Both the position numbers and the translations under genes were made by a program. Positions 62,200 through 64,000 of a stretch of DNA of 64,000 nt are shown one piece after another. Position 1 is the stretch's first letter. Each line of letters opens with the position of its first letter. The notes beneath the pieces were generated by a model that was given only the letters and a program-made list of their open reading frames with translations, was not told where the DNA came from and did no database searches. The DNA comes from Octopus sinensis (taxonomy: Eukaryota): NCBI RefSeq assembly GCF_006345805.1, contig NC_043022.1:12338001-12402000 (forward strand). The letters are read 5' to 3'.

Positions 62200-63900
62200 T
62201 CTAACTTTTTATTTTTCAGACCATAAATTTACTTCTTCTTCCAGTCTTGTGTTTGCATTCATAATAATATTCCTCCCGTCTGTTTGTTTACAAAAGTGCT
62301 AAGCAAATTTTGTTTGAAACAATATTGAATATAAGAACGTAATGGTATCTGCAAAGAATACCGTACATTATTATATTCCAACCCCTCCGTGTTGCTGAGG
62401 TTCAAGACAGTACGCCATACATTTATTTGGTTGATAACCTCCACACCATTGAAGCCATATCTTACACATTTTATTTATTGTTGTTCTTGTTATAAATATT
62501 TAACCAAACCAATTGGAAAAAATATTTTGAACAAAGTCTCTTGCTGTGTCTTTTTTTAGAATATTTTAGTCATTAATTTTTTTTATTGGAAAATCTGTTA
62601 TCTTGTGAGAGAAGAATGAAAAAAGGAAAGGAAGGAAAAGGTTATAAAAAAGGTTATTGATTTTTACTTTAACTTTCTGCAACTATTCTTTTCCTGCCTC
62701 ATTTTTTTTTTTTACTTTGTTACCTTCAAGAATGCAATTCGTTCGTAGAGTTTCAACTATAGGCACCATTCGGTTTCTCTTGATTTGTATTTATTCTTCA
62801 AAAAATACGAATTGTTGAAATACTTTTCATATAAATTTATATACATACACACATTCATACATACATGCATACATATATACGCTTATACATACATACATAC
62901 ATCCATTCATCCATCTATCCATCCATACATACATATATATGCTTATACATACATACATACATCCATTCATCCATCTATCCATCCATACATACATATATAT
63001 GCTTATACATACATACATACATCCATTCATCCATCTATCCATCCATACATACATATATACACTTATACATACATACATTACATCCATTCATCCATCTATC
63101 CATCCATACATACATATATATGCTTATACATACATACATACATCCATTCATCCTCTATCCATCCATACATATATATACATTCCTTATACATACATACATA
63201 CATCCATTCATCCATCTATCCATCCATACATACATATATACGCTTATACAAACATACATACATCCATTCATCCATCTATCCATCCATACATACATATATA
63301 CGCTTATACATACATACATACATCCATTCATCCATCTATCCATCCATACATGCATATATACGCTTATACATGCATCCATTCATCCATCTATCCATCCATA
63401 CATACATACATACATACATACATACATCTTACATACTTTGTGTGTGTGTGTGTATGTATGTATGGATAGATGGATGAATGGATGCATGTATGTATGTATA
63501 AGTGTATATATGCATGCATGTATGTATGTATGAATGTATGTATGTATATAAATTTATATGAAAAGTCTGATAAACATTTGATTCTGTGTAAACAGAATGC
63601 AATAAAGTGTTTCCCTAGAGAACTGTTGCAGTTCAGCATCCACCTGCACTTCAAACACCTACTGCAGAAGATGCAAATAACCACAGTAGCGAAACATTTG
63701 CAGGAAACAAAAACGATGTCAACTGCATCCTGTGTTTATCATATTCTTTTCTACATTTGCTCTCTATATCATAACCAGTAACATTGCTAAGAACAGCAGT
63801 AACCAAACCACTCTACTGGAAGTAGACAGGATAATGATACTCAAAATAGAGTTGTAAACTCATCATTTGCTGTTGTACATCTAACTGTTCACACAAGAAA
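62200..63900 (-). pseudogene. Possible ancient hAT-type transposase remnant, interrupted by the foldback element
   Basis: Weak motifs only (AT..WN; FLYSILFQTK..HFC). Confidence 0.25.
62822..63566. mobile_element. Foldback element: ~110-bp TIRs enclosing a 60-bp tandem array (~9 copies)
   Basis: ACTTTTCATATAAATTTATATACATAC...GTATGTATATAAATTTATATGAAAAGT; unit gcttatacatacatacatacatccattcatccatctatccatccatacatacatatatat. Confidence 0.85.
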
Positions 63901-63919
63901 TACTATATTTGTCTATCGA

Positions 63920-64000
63920 AATGGCTGTGTGGTAAGAAGCTTGCTTCCCAGCTATGTGGTTCTGGGTACAGTCCTAGTGCATGGCACCTTAGGTAAGCAT
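63920..64000 (+). mobile_element. SINE family B head (cut by the window end)
   Basis: atggctgtgtggtaagaagcttgcttccc..gcatggcaccttagg. Confidence 0.75.

Overview
Repeat-dense, AT-rich animal genomic DNA. The SINE, LINE and MITE families and the extreme microsatellite load look like Octopus (coleoid cephalopod); this is inferred from remembered repeat families, not from a search. No complete protein-coding gene can be supported. The long ORFs in the supplied track are stop-free frames through microsatellites or one 15-bp minisatellite, and the shorter protein-like ones are mostly decayed transposon fragments. The window holds three abundant SINE-type families, decayed autonomous elements (Penelope-like RT/GIY-YIG, RTE, RLE-type, CR1/L2-like, L1/Tx1-like, mariner, Tc1, hAT), Helitron and TIR MITEs, several local duplications, and a few weak candidate minus-strand exons, one ending in a CaaX box. 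The most notable observations are: (1) several type-I hammerhead-ribozyme-like motifs, two of them with palindromic helix III and a long helix II; (2) an L1/Tx1-like LINE flanked by (TCTA)n on both sides, whose 3' tail is shared with the dominant SINE; (3) SINE trimers at two independent loci that use the same junction; (4) a foldback element carrying a 60-bp satellite.
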